A stretch of 64,000 bases of DNA from the human T2T-CHM13v2.0 reference genome, Homo sapiens. Shown here piece after piece: positions 1 to 20,891 of this stretch (the stretch's first letter is position 1; each line of letters opens with the position of its first letter). Under the pieces are notes generated by a model that did no database searches, had not been told where the DNA came from, and saw nothing but the letters and a program-made list of their open reading frames with translations. The stretch lies in NCBI RefSeq assembly GCF_009914755.1, contig NC_060928.1. One strand, written 5' to 3'. The translations under genes and the position numbers were made by a program.

Positions 1-177
1 ATCATGCTTCATAAATCAATAATTTCAGATTTATTTACAATTAGCAACAATGACAAACAGCTACAGTACATTCTGCTGTAAAAGCATTACATAGATAAGG
101 ACTCTGTCCCTAGTAAATACCACTAGTGTGATTGCAATGATATCTCTCATTAACATATTTATAAAGAGTTTGGATCA

Positions 178-2535
178 GGAAAAAAATCATATGATCATCT
201 CAATATATTCAGAAAAACATTTGACAAAACCCATATCCATTTATAACAAATCTTTCTGAAAACTAGGAATAAATGGGAAGCTCCTCAACTTGAAAAATAA
301 CATCTACAAAAAACCAAAGATAGCCTCATACTTGATGTTGAGACACGAGATGCTTTTCTCGTAAGATCAGGAACAAGAAATGAATGTCTCTTCTCACCAC
401 TAGTATTCTATATAATAGTATAAGTCCTAGTTAATACAATAAAAAAGAAAACTAAATAAAAGTATATAAATTGGGAAGGAAGAAATACAATTTTCTTTGT
501 TGGAAAATTATATGTTGTCTATGTAGAAAATTTCAAAGAAACAAAATCTTTCTGGAACTAATAAGCATCTATAGCAGAGTTGCAGGATACAAAACATACA
601 CAAAAGTCAGTTGCTTTCCTATATAACAGCAATAAACAATTGAATTTATAAATTAAAACACAATGCCATTTATATTAGCTTGCAAAAATAGAAACATTTA
701 CCTTTAAACTTGACAAAATAGGTACAAGAGATATATGAGGGAAACTATGACACATTTATGAAATAAATCGAAGATATAAACAAAGAAATATTTCAAGTTC
801 ATGAGTAAAAACGCTTTATTAAGATGCCAATTCTTCCCAATTTGATCTATAGATACAATGCATTCCCAGTCAAAATCTCAGAAAGTTACCTGGTGGATAT
901 CAATAAACATTCTAAAGTTTGTATAGAAAGGAAAAAGATCCAGAATAGTCAACATAATACTAAAGAAGTAGTCAGAGGACTAATACTACCCTACTTCAAG
1001 TCTAACTATAAAGTATAAAGCTACAGTGATCAAGGCAGTGTGGTATCAGCTAAATAAATTAATGGAACAGAATAGGGAGCCCAGAAATAGACCAACACAA
1101 GTACAGCCAACTGATCTTTGGCAAGGGAGAAAACATTTCAGTGGAGACAGGATAATCTTTTCAACAAAGAAAAATGGTTCCGGAAAAAGTGGACATTCAC
1201 ACGCAAAAAATAATAAGTAAGAACCTAGACAGAGACCTTACATCTTTTACAAAAAGTAACTCAAAATGGATCGTAGACCTAAGTATAAAATACAAAACCA
1301 TACAACGTTTAAATAATAATATAGGAGAAAGTCTAGGAGCAAATTTTTGCGTTTGCAATGAATATTAGATACAACACTAAAAACAACACATATAAGCAAA
1401 AATTTGATAAGTTGCTCTTCATTAAAATTAAAAACTTCTGCTCTGAGAGAAACACTATTAGGAGAATGAAGAGACAAGCCAAAAATTGGAAGAATACATT
1501 TTCAAAACATATATATTTTAAACAAAGGACTTTTATCCAAAATATACAATTTTTTAAAAATTATAAAATAGGAAAAAGATATGAACAGACACCTCACTAA
1601 AGAAGATATACAGATGGCAAGTAAGCATATAAAAAGATGCCCAAAATTATATGCCATCAGGGAATTGTAATTTTAAAACAATAATAAAATACAACTACAT
1701 ACCTATCAGAATGGCCAAAATCCAAGACACTGATAATAAAGATTATTGATGAGGATGTGAATCAACAGGGATCCTTTCATTGCTGATGGAAATGCAAAAG
1801 GTACAGCCACTTTAGAAGACAATCTGGCAGCGTCTTATGAAGCTAATATAGTCTTATCATATGATGCAAAAATCACACTTGTATTTACCCAAATAAGTTG
1901 AAAATTTATATAGACAAAAAACCTGCACATGAATGTTTATAAGAACTTTATTCATAATTGTCAAAATTGGAAACAACCAAGATGTCCTTCAACAGGTGAA
2001 TGGATAAACTATGGAACATCCACACAATGGAGTGTTACTCAGTGATAAAATAAATGCGTTATCAAGCTATGGGAAGACATGGGGGAACATGCATATGAAG
2101 TGAAAAAAGCCAGTCTGAAAAAGCTATATACTGTGTGACTGTATGATATTCTTGAAAAAGCAAAATTACAGAGATAGTAAAAAGATCATGATTGCCAAGT
2201 GGTCAGAGGAAGGGATGCAGGCATGAATAGGTAGAGCATAGAGCTTTATTAAGGCAGTAAAACTAGTAGGTATGATACTGTATGGGAGATACAGGACATT
2301 ATGTATTTGTAGAAACCCATAGAACTCTACAACACAGAGTAAACACTAATGTAAATTATGGAATTTATTTAATAATAATGTTTTAATATTGTTAATCAGT
2401 TGTAACAAAACTATCACACTACTGCAAGAATTTAATAACAGCAGAACCTGGGGTTCTAATATGAAGACTGTGCTTTCAGCAAAATATTTCTGTAAACCTA
2501 AAACTGCTCTAAAAATAATGTCCATTTTTGTAAAA
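178..2535 (+). mobile_element. Old LINE-1 (L1MC-type, L1MC1-3) 3' half: decayed ORF2 plus 3' UTR
   Basis: ORF2-like peptides (MPILPNLIYRYNAFPVKIS, DKLLFIKIKNFCS) and an L1MC-type 3' UTR ending tgtaaacctaaaactgctctaaaaata; many stops and frameshifts. Confidence 0.88.
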
Positions 2536-3565
2536 AGGCAAGGAGAGCAGTCTGACTAATACAGTGTGCAACACAAAGAATAGAGAATAGTATTAGGTCA
2601 GACTATATTAAATTGTCAATATTTAACATGGTTGACCCTCAAAATTCATAATGTCATATGATTTGTATAATTGAATTGTAGATGAGGTCAGAGAACGTGG
2701 ACTGTTTAGGGGCAAGAAAAAGCATGTTACTTATTTCAGATAACACCACTCAGTCTTCAAATGCACTCCTTATAAAATGGAAATCCACTAAATGTTCTCA
2801 TGTCATGAACACGGTGTCCTGTCTGAAAATTATTAATGTTGGATTAAAGTTTTCTTCTCCTTTCAAGATGTATGTCTTCCAAGATGCTCCTTTCCTTTTT
2901 CTTTTTCTTTTCCTCTTTCTCTCTCTCTCTCTCTCTCTGTCTTTCATATTGGACTCAATTGTCTATTGATCCTGGAGGGCTCATTTGATTTTTTGCCCCA
3001 CACCCGTAGGAAACTAAAAGTTGATTAGAAACTCTCTGGGCATGGCTAAGGCTTCTCAGCCTAATCTTGGATGTTGTGGCTTAGCCATTTCATTAGCAAA
3101 AACCTCAATGTTAACACCTTTCAGTTTGTTTTTGCTTCTTGTTTTAATTAGGGCTGTTCACTTCCTCAGAGAAGAATTTTCCGTTCTTCTGCTGGAGGTT
3201 AGAATCCTGGAATGCCAGCCTTCCAGAGGCAAACTGGGAGAAGGCTGGTATTCTCAAGTTGTAATGAGTATTCGTTCACATACTCCCCAATCTTTGAAAC
3301 GTGACTCCTCCCCTTTAAATTCTGACAATGTTAAAATTATTTGTTCACAAATAATACTTTTATTTCCTGGATGATTTTAAAATCATAATTTAAAATCATT
3401 TTTTCATTAGCTAAGGATTCTGAAACCCCATTTGATAAAACATATCACGGTAGTAAATCCATTGCACTTAGTGTTATGGACTAATATTTACTTTTTCTCT
3501 AAAATTATTATTTTTTATAACTAATTTCCCAAGCGTAAATTTTCATTTTCTCTCAAATGACATAG

Positions 3566-3916
<351 letters not shown>

Positions 3917-3987
3917 CTAACATTTTAATAAGCTCTCTGATTTAAGTTCAGAACCAATAGAATAAGTACAAGTGTATGCACTGAATC

Positions 3988-4306
3988 TTTTTTTTTTTTC
4001 TTTTTTTTGAGACAGAGTCTTACTCTGTCACCTAGGCTGGAGTGCAGTAGTGCAATCTCACCTCACTGCAACCTCGGCTCACTGCACCCTTTGCTTCCTG
4101 GGTTCAAGTGAGTCTCCTGTCTCAGCTTCCAGAATAGCTGGGATTACAGGCGCATGCCACCATGCCCAGCTAATTTTTGTATTTTTAGTAGAGACAGGGT
4201 TTCACCACGTTGGCCAAGCTGGTCTCGAACTCCTGACCCCAGGTGATCCATCAGCCTTGGCCTCCCAAAGTGCTGGGATTACAGGCATGAGCCACCACAC
4301 CCAGCT
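3988..4306 (-). mobile_element. AluS
   Basis: Dimeric Alu; flanking TSD atgca(c/t)tgaatct; small internal duplication of ctcactgca near 4063-4087. Confidence 0.93.
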
Positions 4307-4986
4307 CCATGCATTGAATCTTAAGATTCTCAGCCTTTTTATTCCACCTGACTGTGTGAAATGAGAGAGATTTGAGGATGAATTTACTTCTTAAAAAATT
4401 AGCTGGACAAAATTAGAACTAAAAAGGGAACTTTAGAATATATTATAATTTATATATAACATAAAAGGAAAAGAACCTGTATATGTTCTAAATTAATTTT
4501 TTGGAAGCACTTCCTTTACAGTGCTAGTTTAGTCTTCTGCATGCCATGGATGTTCAATAAAAGAATAAAATTAGAGAGTATATTAAAGGATAAAATTAAG
4601 TATTCTTAAACTCCCAAATTTTATGACTTAAATGCAATCTTCATAAATGTATATAACCGAGAAGTTGTTCAATCTTAATATTTAGTGCTTCTGAGTTTAA
4701 CTTATAACATTTATTCAAACACTAGGATATAGTTTGAACAAATATTTATTTAAAACCCAAATGATGAAAATCTTTAGTAAATTTCTAAAAGTGAGTTTAG
4801 CTAGAAAATTAAGAAATCTGAAAATCTGCTTTTTTTAATGTACTACTTCTACCAAGTTATTGAGTAGCTTATACATAGGTGGAATTATAAATATTCATCA
4901 AATATCTTAAATATAATAAAGTTCAATTAGGGCAAGTTCACATTAAAGAAAATAAATGTATAAATACAAAAACATTAGATTCTTAA

Positions 4987-5278
<292 letters not shown>

Positions 5279-7689
5279 ATGCCAAAGTTTTTAATAAGAT
5301 CTTAGGTCTTACTTATGTCCAATAGGTATCAGATTATGTCAAAAGTTCAGGTCACATGTTTCTCTGATCTTTCAGCAGTCAAATGAAATTAGTGGATGTA
5401 CAGAAATGAATATAGTAAGAATCTTATAGAATAATGAAGAAAATAAAGATTAACTATTACAGGATAAACTGACAGCAAATGTATTCATTCACCAAATAAT
5501 AATTAAAAAATTATTTTCTGGTATAATAAATCTACCAATTTAAGGTCTTTCCTTCACTCTGGAAAGAGATCAGAAAGATATATACATAGCATTTTTAGAA
5601 ATTAATTTAAAAATAAACTAAAACACTAATCTTTGCAACTAACCTATTTTCTGCTATAGAAATAAAATAATTTTAAACCCTATTTGTTACTTCAGTACTG
5701 AGTGCTATACTTTCTCACAAAAGAGGCTAAATAACCTCTACATACAACTGAATGTGCTGTCTGAGGTGGTTTTACTTGTCTAGTCAACTTTTTGGTCACA
5801 AAAAAGAAAATAATACAAAACTGAGAGCAAAGCACTTAAGGTTTTAAAAGAAATGATGTAAAACTTTTTGTATTTATAAAAAGCTACTTATCCTTATCTT
5901 CCTTCTCATCAAGAAACTAATAAACATAGTAAATATTTTGCTGTTTATTTTTTATAATAAACACAATAAATATTTTGACTAAATATAAAGCAGCATGTGT
6001 CACATGTAGATAAAAGTTATATTTAAAACTGTCATATATACAGGAAGTATATTTAGGAGATTTACTTCTCTCTCTCTTACTCTCTCTTAACAGTTTATTT
6101 TAATTACAAGGGGAAAATGTTGCAACAATTGATCAGGGTTGTGATACTTGCGATTTTGTATACAAAAACAATTACTAATAACTTTCAAATAGGGAAGTCG
6201 ATTGACATTTTATATGACTATTAAATGGTGCATTTGCTAGAAAAGTTTTTTCTCCTCTTTGGAAGAAAACAAATGTTAATGAAAATTTAATAATAACACA
6301 AGGCACAATAGAGAGAATGAATGATATCATAATTCTAATTGTAGAAATGTTCTAAATAAACTGTTCATAATAAACAACCTTTAAGAACCATATTTAGTTT
6401 TTAATCATTTAATACTATTTAAGACACAAGTCTCTCAAAAGGAAGTCTTAACTTGAAAATTCTTCAGTTTTCATAAAAACAAATTAGAAAGATAATTAAG
6501 ATTGTCTTAATTTTTTTACCTCAAAATTTTACAAGCATAGAAATCTCTAAAACAATATATATCTTCTCTCTCCATAATTTTATGTTGCATAAAATCATAC
6601 TCAAAAGGAATTTTCCATTTTTCTTTTGTATTATAATTGGAAATAATTTCTCTAAACTCCTCATTAATATTTCAGAGTTCAGGGGACTGAAAACTAATTT
6701 TACACTTTAAGCATATTTAAATCAATAAAGCAGTTACTGAAGCAATATCACTTTATCTAGACCAGCACTTTCTAAATACAGCTTCCAATAATTAAAGATA
6801 CAAAAGTAGCACTTTACTTTTACAAGGTGAAAACTGTCATCACCTTTTTTCTCAGTAAATTAGAGTAATTGATTTTTTTTACATTTTACTGACAACAGCT
6901 ACTCAAAATGACTTATATATTTCAGACTCAGGATAATTAAGTTCAAGCTATCATATCCGAGTCAATTATCAAGAAATTAATGTTTTCCAGGACACAAAAT
7001 GGACTATGTTACAAAACTGTAGGCCACTGACAACAGGAGGTAGCCAGAAGGTAGCCACTTTTAGTCCTCAGGGCAAAACCAGAAATCTATACGGGCAAAT
7101 CAATACTAATATAGTACCACCAAGAGTAGGCAATAGGTCCTATGTATATAAACTGAGGACCATTCCTGATGTATAATGATTATACAAACTGATAGGGACA
7201 ATCTGCTCCAAGGTCCAATATTCTTAACCAGTACTGAGAAAAGCAATCACCTAACATCTCTCTCCATAACATATTTAGCAAACAACTCACTCGGGAGAAA
7301 GAGAGTTTAGGTGTTCAAGCTTGTTTAAGCAACCCTGGTTGAATATAGGTGCTATTCATTTAGATCTGTGGCTGTTAATTTACATGATTCCATTAATATT
7401 TCTTTCTTTCAACTTCCTCTAAAGCTAAGAAAGAAAGCTGCATTAAAAAAAGAAAGAAACAGAAAGGCAAATAGCAAAACTTGGGACTCTGAAAAACTGT
7501 GAGTAGAAGAACATATTATTTTGTTGCCATACCCACTGTTCTTCAAGAGTAGAATTGTTAACCATGCACTTAAACAGGTTGAATCAATCCTCTCAGAAAT
7601 GACTAGGTCAATATCAATGACAGAATCCATGAAGATGAAACATTATTGCACCCGAGTGTCAATATCCTGTAAGAACGCAATTAGTGTGA

Positions 7690-13533
<5,844 letters not shown>

Positions 13534-14277
13534 AATTTTCTGCTCCTATAATTGAGGCATACCACCCTCAAAAAACTATTTGTAAACAGGATTGGACCTG
13601 GCCAGAAAAAATGAACATACTTGTTTGGGAAGATTGCATTGCAGAACAGGCATAGGTGCTGTGCAAGGATTCCTGTGGAATCATTATTGATTGGTCCCCT
13701 AAGGGAATGTTTAGCTTGAATTGCACCTCTCTGTCTGCATGCCACAGCCACACTATGTTCAGCTGGTCTAAACAAAATGGTCAGATAGTAGAAATGGTGA
13801 GAAGTACAGCAAGACCTTATTATCTGGAAACATGGTGGTATAGTGGCACCTCAACCTCAAATAATATGGCCCACTGTGGGAGCTAAATATAAGGATTTGT
13901 GATAACTATTAATGGCTCTTAATAAGATCAAAATTTGGGAAAGAATTAAAAAGCATCTATAAGGACACTCTACAAACTTGTCTTTGGATGTTGCAAAACT
14001 AAAAGAACAAATATTAAAAGCATCCCAGGCACCCCTGACCTTAATGCCAGGAACTGGAGTGCTTGAAGGAGCTGCAGATGGCTTAGCAGCTAGTAACCCA
14101 TTACAATGGATAAAAACACTTGGAGGCTCTGTGATTTCAATGATGATTGTGCTTTTAATCTCTGTTGTTTGTCTTTGTATAGTCTGCAGATGCGAATCCT
14201 GATTCCTGCGAGAAGTAGCTCACTGTGATAAAGCCACCTTTGCTTTTATTGTCTTGCAAAAACAAAAAGGGGGAACT
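13534..14277 (+). mobile_element. HERV-K9 (HML-3) env remnant with polypurine tract
   Basis: Betaretroviral env-like peptides (CGIIIDWSPKG; LKEQILKASQA...NPLQWIKTLGGS plus hydrophobic TM segment); PPT aaaaacaaaaagggggaa directly before the LTR. Confidence 0.88.
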
Positions 14278-14786
14278 TGTTGGGAACAGGCCCCCAAATC
14301 TGGCTATAAACTGGCCACAAAACTGGCCATAAACAAAATCCCTGCAGCACTGTGATATGCTCGTGATGGCTATGACACCCATGCTGAAGGTTGTTAGTTT
14401 ACCGAAATGAGGGCAAGTAACACCTGGCCCACCCAAGGTGGAAAACTGCTTAAGGTGTTCCTAAACCACAAGCAATTGCATGAGTTATCTGTGCCTTAAG
14501 GACATGTTCCTGCTGCAGATAATTAGCCAGAACCCATCCCTTTGTTTCGGCCCATCCCTTTTCTTCTCGTGAGGAATGCTTTTAGTTAATCTATAATCTA
14601 TAGAAACAATGCTTATCACTGCCTTACTGTCAATAAATACGTGGGTAAAACTCTGTTCATGGCTCTCAGCTCTGAAGGCTGCCAGCCCCCTGATTTCCCA
14701 CTCCACACTCTATATTTCTTTGTGTGTGTTTTTAATTCCTCTAGCACCACTGGGTTAGGGTCTCCATGACCGATCTGGTCTCAGCA
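14278..14786 (+). mobile_element. MER9 LTR (3' LTR of HERV-K9/HML-3)
   Basis: TG...CA termini; starts tgttgggaacaggcccccaaatctggc as in MER9; AATAAA at about 14632; preceded by PPT. Confidence 0.92.
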
Positions 14787-17700
14787 GCATCCCTTTGCCT
14801 TCAGCAAGAACCTCAGCAGGTCGTGGTTATTTTCTTGGTGGAGTGACTCAAACCTTCATTCCTGAAGGGTCTGGGCCATTTGTATTTCTGCCTGGATTGG
14901 CAGAACTGTTGGAGTTTCCCATTAAGCTTAATCACAGGGCATGGCAATACTAAGAGACGCCCTAATGGATCTCCTGTATTCCATCCATACTCTTCCTTAC
15001 CACCGTTGTGGAGTAGTAGACTGATTTCATCTTGATAATCTGCATCAGTAACTCCAGCGAACACTGTAACTCCATTCTTAGCCTGTTGACTTAAAGGTAG
15101 GAGGAGCACAAAGTGTCCAGGTGGCAATCTTAACTTCCAATTTAATGGATTCATTGTTGTGTCTCCTGGTGGCAGCATTCCTCCCTCTGGAACTAAGACC
15201 TCTAGGCTAGCAAAATGTAATGTCGTGAGAACAGGAAGCAACAATGTTGCTAGTGGTCACTAAGGTTGATGATGAGTGACGCCACTTCCACTTCCACCCC
15301 TTGATTCCTGGCCCTGTGAATCCTGGCTATGGGAGAAACAATGCCATATATTGGAGGCTGATTCAGAGCATTCATGGCCTTCTGGAATACTTTGCCAGAG
15401 CCCGGCAAAGTATTGTCACCTAGTCGGCGTTGTAATTGTGACTTCAAAAGGCCATTCCACTATTCTATCAATCCAGCTGCTTCAGGATGATGGGGAACAT
15501 GGTAAGACTAGTGAATTCCATGAACATGAGCCCACTGCCACACTTCTTTAGCCATAAAGTGAGTGCCTTGGTCAGAGGCAATGCTGTGTGGAATACCATG
15601 ACAGTGGATAAGGCATTCTGTGAGTCCACTGATGATAGTCTTGGCAGAAGCATTGCATACAGGATAGGCAAACACATATCCAGAGTAAGTGTCTATTCCA
15701 GTGAGGACAAACCTCTGCCCTTTCAGAAGAGGTCCAATACAATCAACCTGCTACCAGGTAGTTGGCTGATCACCCTGAGGAATGTGGCTATACTGAGGGC
15801 TCAGTGTCAGTCTCTGCTGCTGGCAAATTGGGCACTCGACAGTGGCTGCAGCCAGGTCTGCCTTGGTGAGTGGAAATCCATGTTGTTGAGCCCATGCATA
15901 ACCTCCATCACTGCCACCATGGCCACTTTGTTCATGGGCCCATTGGGCAATAACTGAGGTGGCTGGGGAAAGAGGCTGAGTGGTATCCACAGAATGGGTC
16001 ATACTATCCAATTGATTACTAAAATGCTCCTCTGTCGAGGTCACCCATTGGTGAGCACTCACATGGGATACAAATATCTTCACAATTTTTGACCACTCAG
16101 AGAGGTCCATCCACATACCTCTTCCATAAATTTCTTTATCACCAATTTTCTTATGCTTCTTCCAAGTCCCTGACCATCCAGCCAAACCATTGGTTACAGT
16201 CCATGAATGAGTATATAATCGTACATCTGGCCATTTCTCCTTCCATGCAAAGTGCATAACCAGGTGCACTGCTCAAAGTTCTGCCCACTGAGGAGAGTTC
16301 CCTTCACTGCTGTCCTTCAAGGATGTCCTAGAAAGAGGCTGTAGTGCTGCAGCTGTCCACTTTTGGGTGGTGCCTGCTTATGATGCACAACCATCTATGA
16401 ACCAGGCCCTAGTCTTCTCTTTCTCTGTCAACTAATCATAAGGAACTCCCCATGAGGCCATCGGTGCAGGCTGGAGGAGACGAGGCAGTGTGGCATCAGT
16501 GGAGACCATGGGCATTTGAGCACTTCCTCATGTAACTTACTTGTGCTTTCAGGACCTGCTTGAGCCTGATCACTTATATGCCACTTTCATTTAATGAGAG
16601 AATGCTGCTGTGCATGACCCACTTTATGGCTACATGGGTCAGAAAGCACCCAGTTAATGATAGGCAGTTGAGGTCATGTGGTGACTTGATGACCCATAGT
16701 CAAACGTTCAGTTTCTACCAAAGCCCAGTAACAGGCCAAGAGCTGTCCCTCAAAAGGAGAGTAGTTATCCACAGATGGCAGGGCCTTGCTTCAAAATCCT
16801 AGAGGTCTCTGCTGTGATTCACCTATGGGGGACTGCCAAAGGCTCCAGTCATCATCCCTATCTGCCACTGATACCACAACCAATTGGATCTGTTGAGTCA
16901 TATGGCCCCAGTGGCAGAGCAGCTTGTACAGTAGCCTGGACCTGTTACAGAACCTTCTCCTGTACTGGACTCCACTCCAAAATAGCAGCCTTTTGGGTCA
17001 CTCAACAAATGGGCCAGAGCAATACACCCAAATGAGGAATGTGTTGTCTCCAAAATCCCAATAGGTGCAGTAGGCATTCTGCCACTTTCTTGGTTGTAGA
17101 AGGGGTCAAATGCAGCAACTTATCCTTAACCTTAGAAGGAATATCTCAAAAGGCCCCACACCACTGGACCCCTAGAAATTTTACTGAGGGAGAAAGTCCC
17201 TGAATTTTAGTCAGATTTATTTCCCATTTTCTGGCATGCAAGTGTCTCACCAATAAGTCCAGTGTGTTTCCTACTTCTTGCTCACTGGATCTAATCAAAA
17301 TAATGTCATCAGTGTAATAGACCAGTGTGATATCTTGCGGAAGTGGAAAGTGATCAGGGTCTCTCCAAATAAGATTATGACAAAAAGCCAGAAGTTGATA
17401 TACCCCTGAGGTAGGACTGTAAAGGTATAATGCTGGCCTTGCCAGCTGAAGGCAAATTGCTTCTGATGGGCCTTATGGACAGGGCCTTATGCAGCTCCTG
17501 AGTCAATGGCTGCATAGCAAGTACCAGGAGATGTGTTAATTTGCTCAAATCAATGAAACCACATTTGGTACAGCAGCTGAAATTGGAGTCACCACTTGAT
17601 TAAGCTTATAATAATCCACTGTCATTCTCCAAGATCCATCTGTCTTCCTCACAGGCCAAATGGGAGAGGTGAGTGGGGATGTGGTGGGAATCACCACCCC

Positions 17701-20012
17701 TGCATCTTTCATATCCTTGATAGTGGCACTAATCTCTGCAATCCCTCCAGGGATGCAATACTGTTTCTGATTTACTATTTTTCTAGGTAGAGGCAGCTCT
17801 TAATGCCTTCCATTTGGCCTTTCCCACCATAGTAGCCCTCACCCTACCATTCAGGGAGCCAATGTGGGGGTCCTGCCAGCTGCTAAGTATGTCTATGCCA
17901 GTTATGCATCCTGGCACTGGGAAAATGACCACAAGATGAGTCCAGGGACCCACTGGACCCACTGTAAGTCAGACCTGAGCTAAAACCCCTTTAATTATCT
18001 GACCTCCATAAGCCTCTACTTTAACTGGAGGACCACGATGACATATTGGATCCCCTGAATCAATGTCAGCTCAGAGCCAGTGTTCAGTAGTCCCCAAAAT
18101 GTCTGATAATTTCCCTTTCCCCAATGCACAGTTAACCAGAGGTCTCCATGGGGAAGGATGGAAAAAAGATTAACAGCATAAATTGTTGGTAGTGTAGTGG
18201 GGTCCTCCCTCAAGGGGACCCAGCCTCCCCATCATTCAAGGGGTTCTGGATCTGTAAACCTGCTCAAGTCTGGAAATTGATTGAGGGGCCGTGATTCTGT
18301 TTTTATAATTCAAATTAGTCTTTTGTCCATTCAACCTAGAAGGTTTCTGCTTATATAAATTAAGTAGGAATGCAGTAGGCTTCCTGTCAATTTCACTTCT
18401 AGGAAAACCATGATTAATTAGCCAATCCCATAGCTCTACATAAGTCAGACTATTCTGACTGCTGCTTTGTCTCTGCTGTCCATCACAGTAGCTACGACCA
18501 CTTTGCCTTTGACAGTTGAGTGCCACCACTTGGCCCCTGCCACCTTGGGATCCAATTACTCCCATTATATTTAAATTTTGTAGTTGAGTGACGGTGGTTC
18601 CCATTGTTAGATGTGACATACAGAGAAGAGCAATTACAGAGCTCTTCAAAGATGCAGGTGCTACCCTCACAAATCTGTTTCACAACGCATTGTTCAGGGG
18701 ATGTCTTCTGGATCCTCCCAGCTGGGATGAGTAGGTCTAAAGACTAATCCATTCCACCTTCCCAATCTCTCTAAGCATTTGGATCCCTTCCTCTACATCA
18801 AACCAAGGGATACCACACATTTCCAGCTCACTTACAGTGGGCCATCTTTTAATCCATATTTCAGCTAACCATGCAAATAAGCTATTAGAACCTTTTTTAA
18901 CTCCCTGAGCTGCAACATTAAATGCAGAGTCCCCACTTAGTGGGCCCAAATAAATAAATTCAGCTTGATCCAACTCTATGTTCCTTTCAACATTATCCCA
19001 CATCCTTAATATCCATTCCCATGCCTGTTCTCCAGATTTCTGTTTATATAAGTTAAAAATTCAAGCAGTTTTTTCAAGTGTAACACACCTTCTCATGGGT
19101 CAAACCCTCAACCTCACCTCTAGTGACCCACTGGGACTTTAATCTAGTTATAGGTCTAGAAGCAAATGGGGGCATTAGGGGTGGCTCCTGAAGAGAATCA
19201 ATATTATCTTTCCTGGCAACTGTCTCACCGGAGGCCATCACTGTTGCCTCAGGTAGTGCAGGGTTTATCTCCTCAGACAAAGGTGGAATGGCTGATGGCA
19301 GCATGGGTCAAGAAGGAGATATTGCCACTACTGGGGATGGTGAAGCTGTTTGTTCTGGCAAAAAAGCTTCACCAGAGTTTACAAGCTCAGTGTCCCCAGC
19401 TTCATCAGGGTCCTCCCACACATCCCCATTCAAAGTTGTAGGGTCCCATTCTTTTCCAGTCAATGCCCTCACATTAATAGTAGACACCTGGTGAGGCTGT
19501 GCCTGCACCTTTCGTTGCACGTCAGCCACTTGCATGATAAGAGCTTGTGTCTATTTTTCCACAATTTCAGGTCTTTCTCTACAGGAGGTAAGACTCTGAC
19601 TCAGGGCAATCTTAGCAGATTTGAGGCTCAGTATCTGCTTCTGAGGCTGGGAGTTAGAATCCGTAGATTCATCATTTTCTTTCATTACTTTGTTCACTGA
19701 AGTTTGGAGCAACCAACCAGCTTCATTATGTTCCTTGGTTCTCCGCATATGGTCAAAAGTATTAGGTATAGACTGACTAGACTCCTTGCTTCTCACGAGC
19801 AGTGAATCAGGAGTGTCAAATGCATTTATTTTGCACAGCTCTCTAAACAGTTCATGCCAAGGACTATCAGTGTTCTCCATATTATTAGAAGTAGAATCTT
19901 AGCATTTTGGGATCTAATCATATTAAGCAGCCAACTCTAGAACCCCAAAACCAGCAAAAGAACTCGATCCTTAATATTCTGTTCTTCTAGAACCACTTGT
20001 GTTACCAAAATC
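14787..20012 (-). mobile_element. HERV-L internal region (gag, protease, RT, RNase H, integrase, dUTPase), degenerate; 3' end and 3' LTR absent
   Basis: gag MENTDSPWHELFRELCKINAFD; protease LLNTGSELTLI (catalytic D to N); RT LPQGY at about 17400 and YTDD at about 17310; integrase H-H-C-C (HEQSGH...CPIC); dUTPase after integrase (14813-15244); HERV-L-type leader gattttggt next to the LTR. Confidence 0.95.
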
Positions 20013-20891
20013 TGTATTAGTCAGGGTTCTCTAGAGGGTCAGAACTAATAGGATATATATATATATCCTATTATATATATATACTATATATATTATGATA
20101 TATGCTATATATATACACACACTATATATATAGTAGTATATAGTATATATATAGTATATACAGTATATAGTATATAGACTATATACTATATATAAGTCTA
20201 TATACTATAATATACTATATATACTATTATATTTAGTATATATAGTATATATATACTATAAGTAGTGTATAGTATATATACTATATATATTATATATATA
20301 AATAAAACATATATAAATAAAACATATATAAAATATATATAGTATATATATTTAGTATATATAGTATATTATAGTATATATATTTAGTATATATAATATA
20401 TTATCGTATATATATAGTATATTAGCATAGTATATTTGTGTGTGTGTGTATATATATGTGTGTGTGTGTGTGTGTATATATACATATATACACAGGGGGA
20501 TTTATTAAGTATTAACTTACATAATCACAAGGTCCCACAATAGGCTGTCTGCAAACTGAGGAGCAAGGAGAGCCAGTCTGAGTCCCAAAACTGAAGAACT
20601 TGGGGTCTGAAGTTTGAAGGCAGAAAGCATCCAGCATGAGAGAAAGATATAGGCTGTGAGGCTAGGCTGGTCTTATCCTTTCACATTTTTCTGCCTGCTT
20701 TATATTCTAGCTGTGCTGGCAGCTGATTAGATGGTACCCACCCAGATTAACGGTGGGTCTGCCTTTCCAGCCCACTGACTCAAATGTTAATCTCCTTTGG
20801 CAACACCCTAACAGACACACCCAGGATCAGTATTTTGAATACTCTGTATCCTTCAATCCAATTAAGTTGACACTCAGTATTAACCATCACA
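20013..20891 (-). mobile_element. MLT2A (probably MLT2A1) 5' LTR of the HERV-L
   Basis: Minus strand begins tgtgatggttaatactgagtgtcaact and ends ctctagagaaccctgactaataca, adjacent to the leader/PBS. Confidence 0.93.
20053..20492. repeat. Complex (TA)n/(TATAG)/(TG)n expansion inside the MLT2A LTR
   Basis: About 440 bp of nearly pure TA-rich simple sequence. Confidence 0.95.

Noticed and set aside
2682-3374. 95-aa and 117-aa ORFs with hydrophobic stretches
   Set aside because: No recognisable homology, one has a non-ATG start, and one runs through a (TC)n tract; probably decayed repeat or random sequence.
13978-14202. 74-aa env TM ORF as a co-opted membrane peptide
   Set aside because: No ATG start (ttg), upstream in-frame stops, and most of env is deleted.
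14813-19880. HERV-L ORFs (dUTPase 143 aa, RNase H/integrase 172 aa, gag pieces) as domesticated genes
   Set aside because: All are fragmented by stops and frameshifts, with mutated catalytic motifs (LNTGS, YTDD); consistent with neutral decay.
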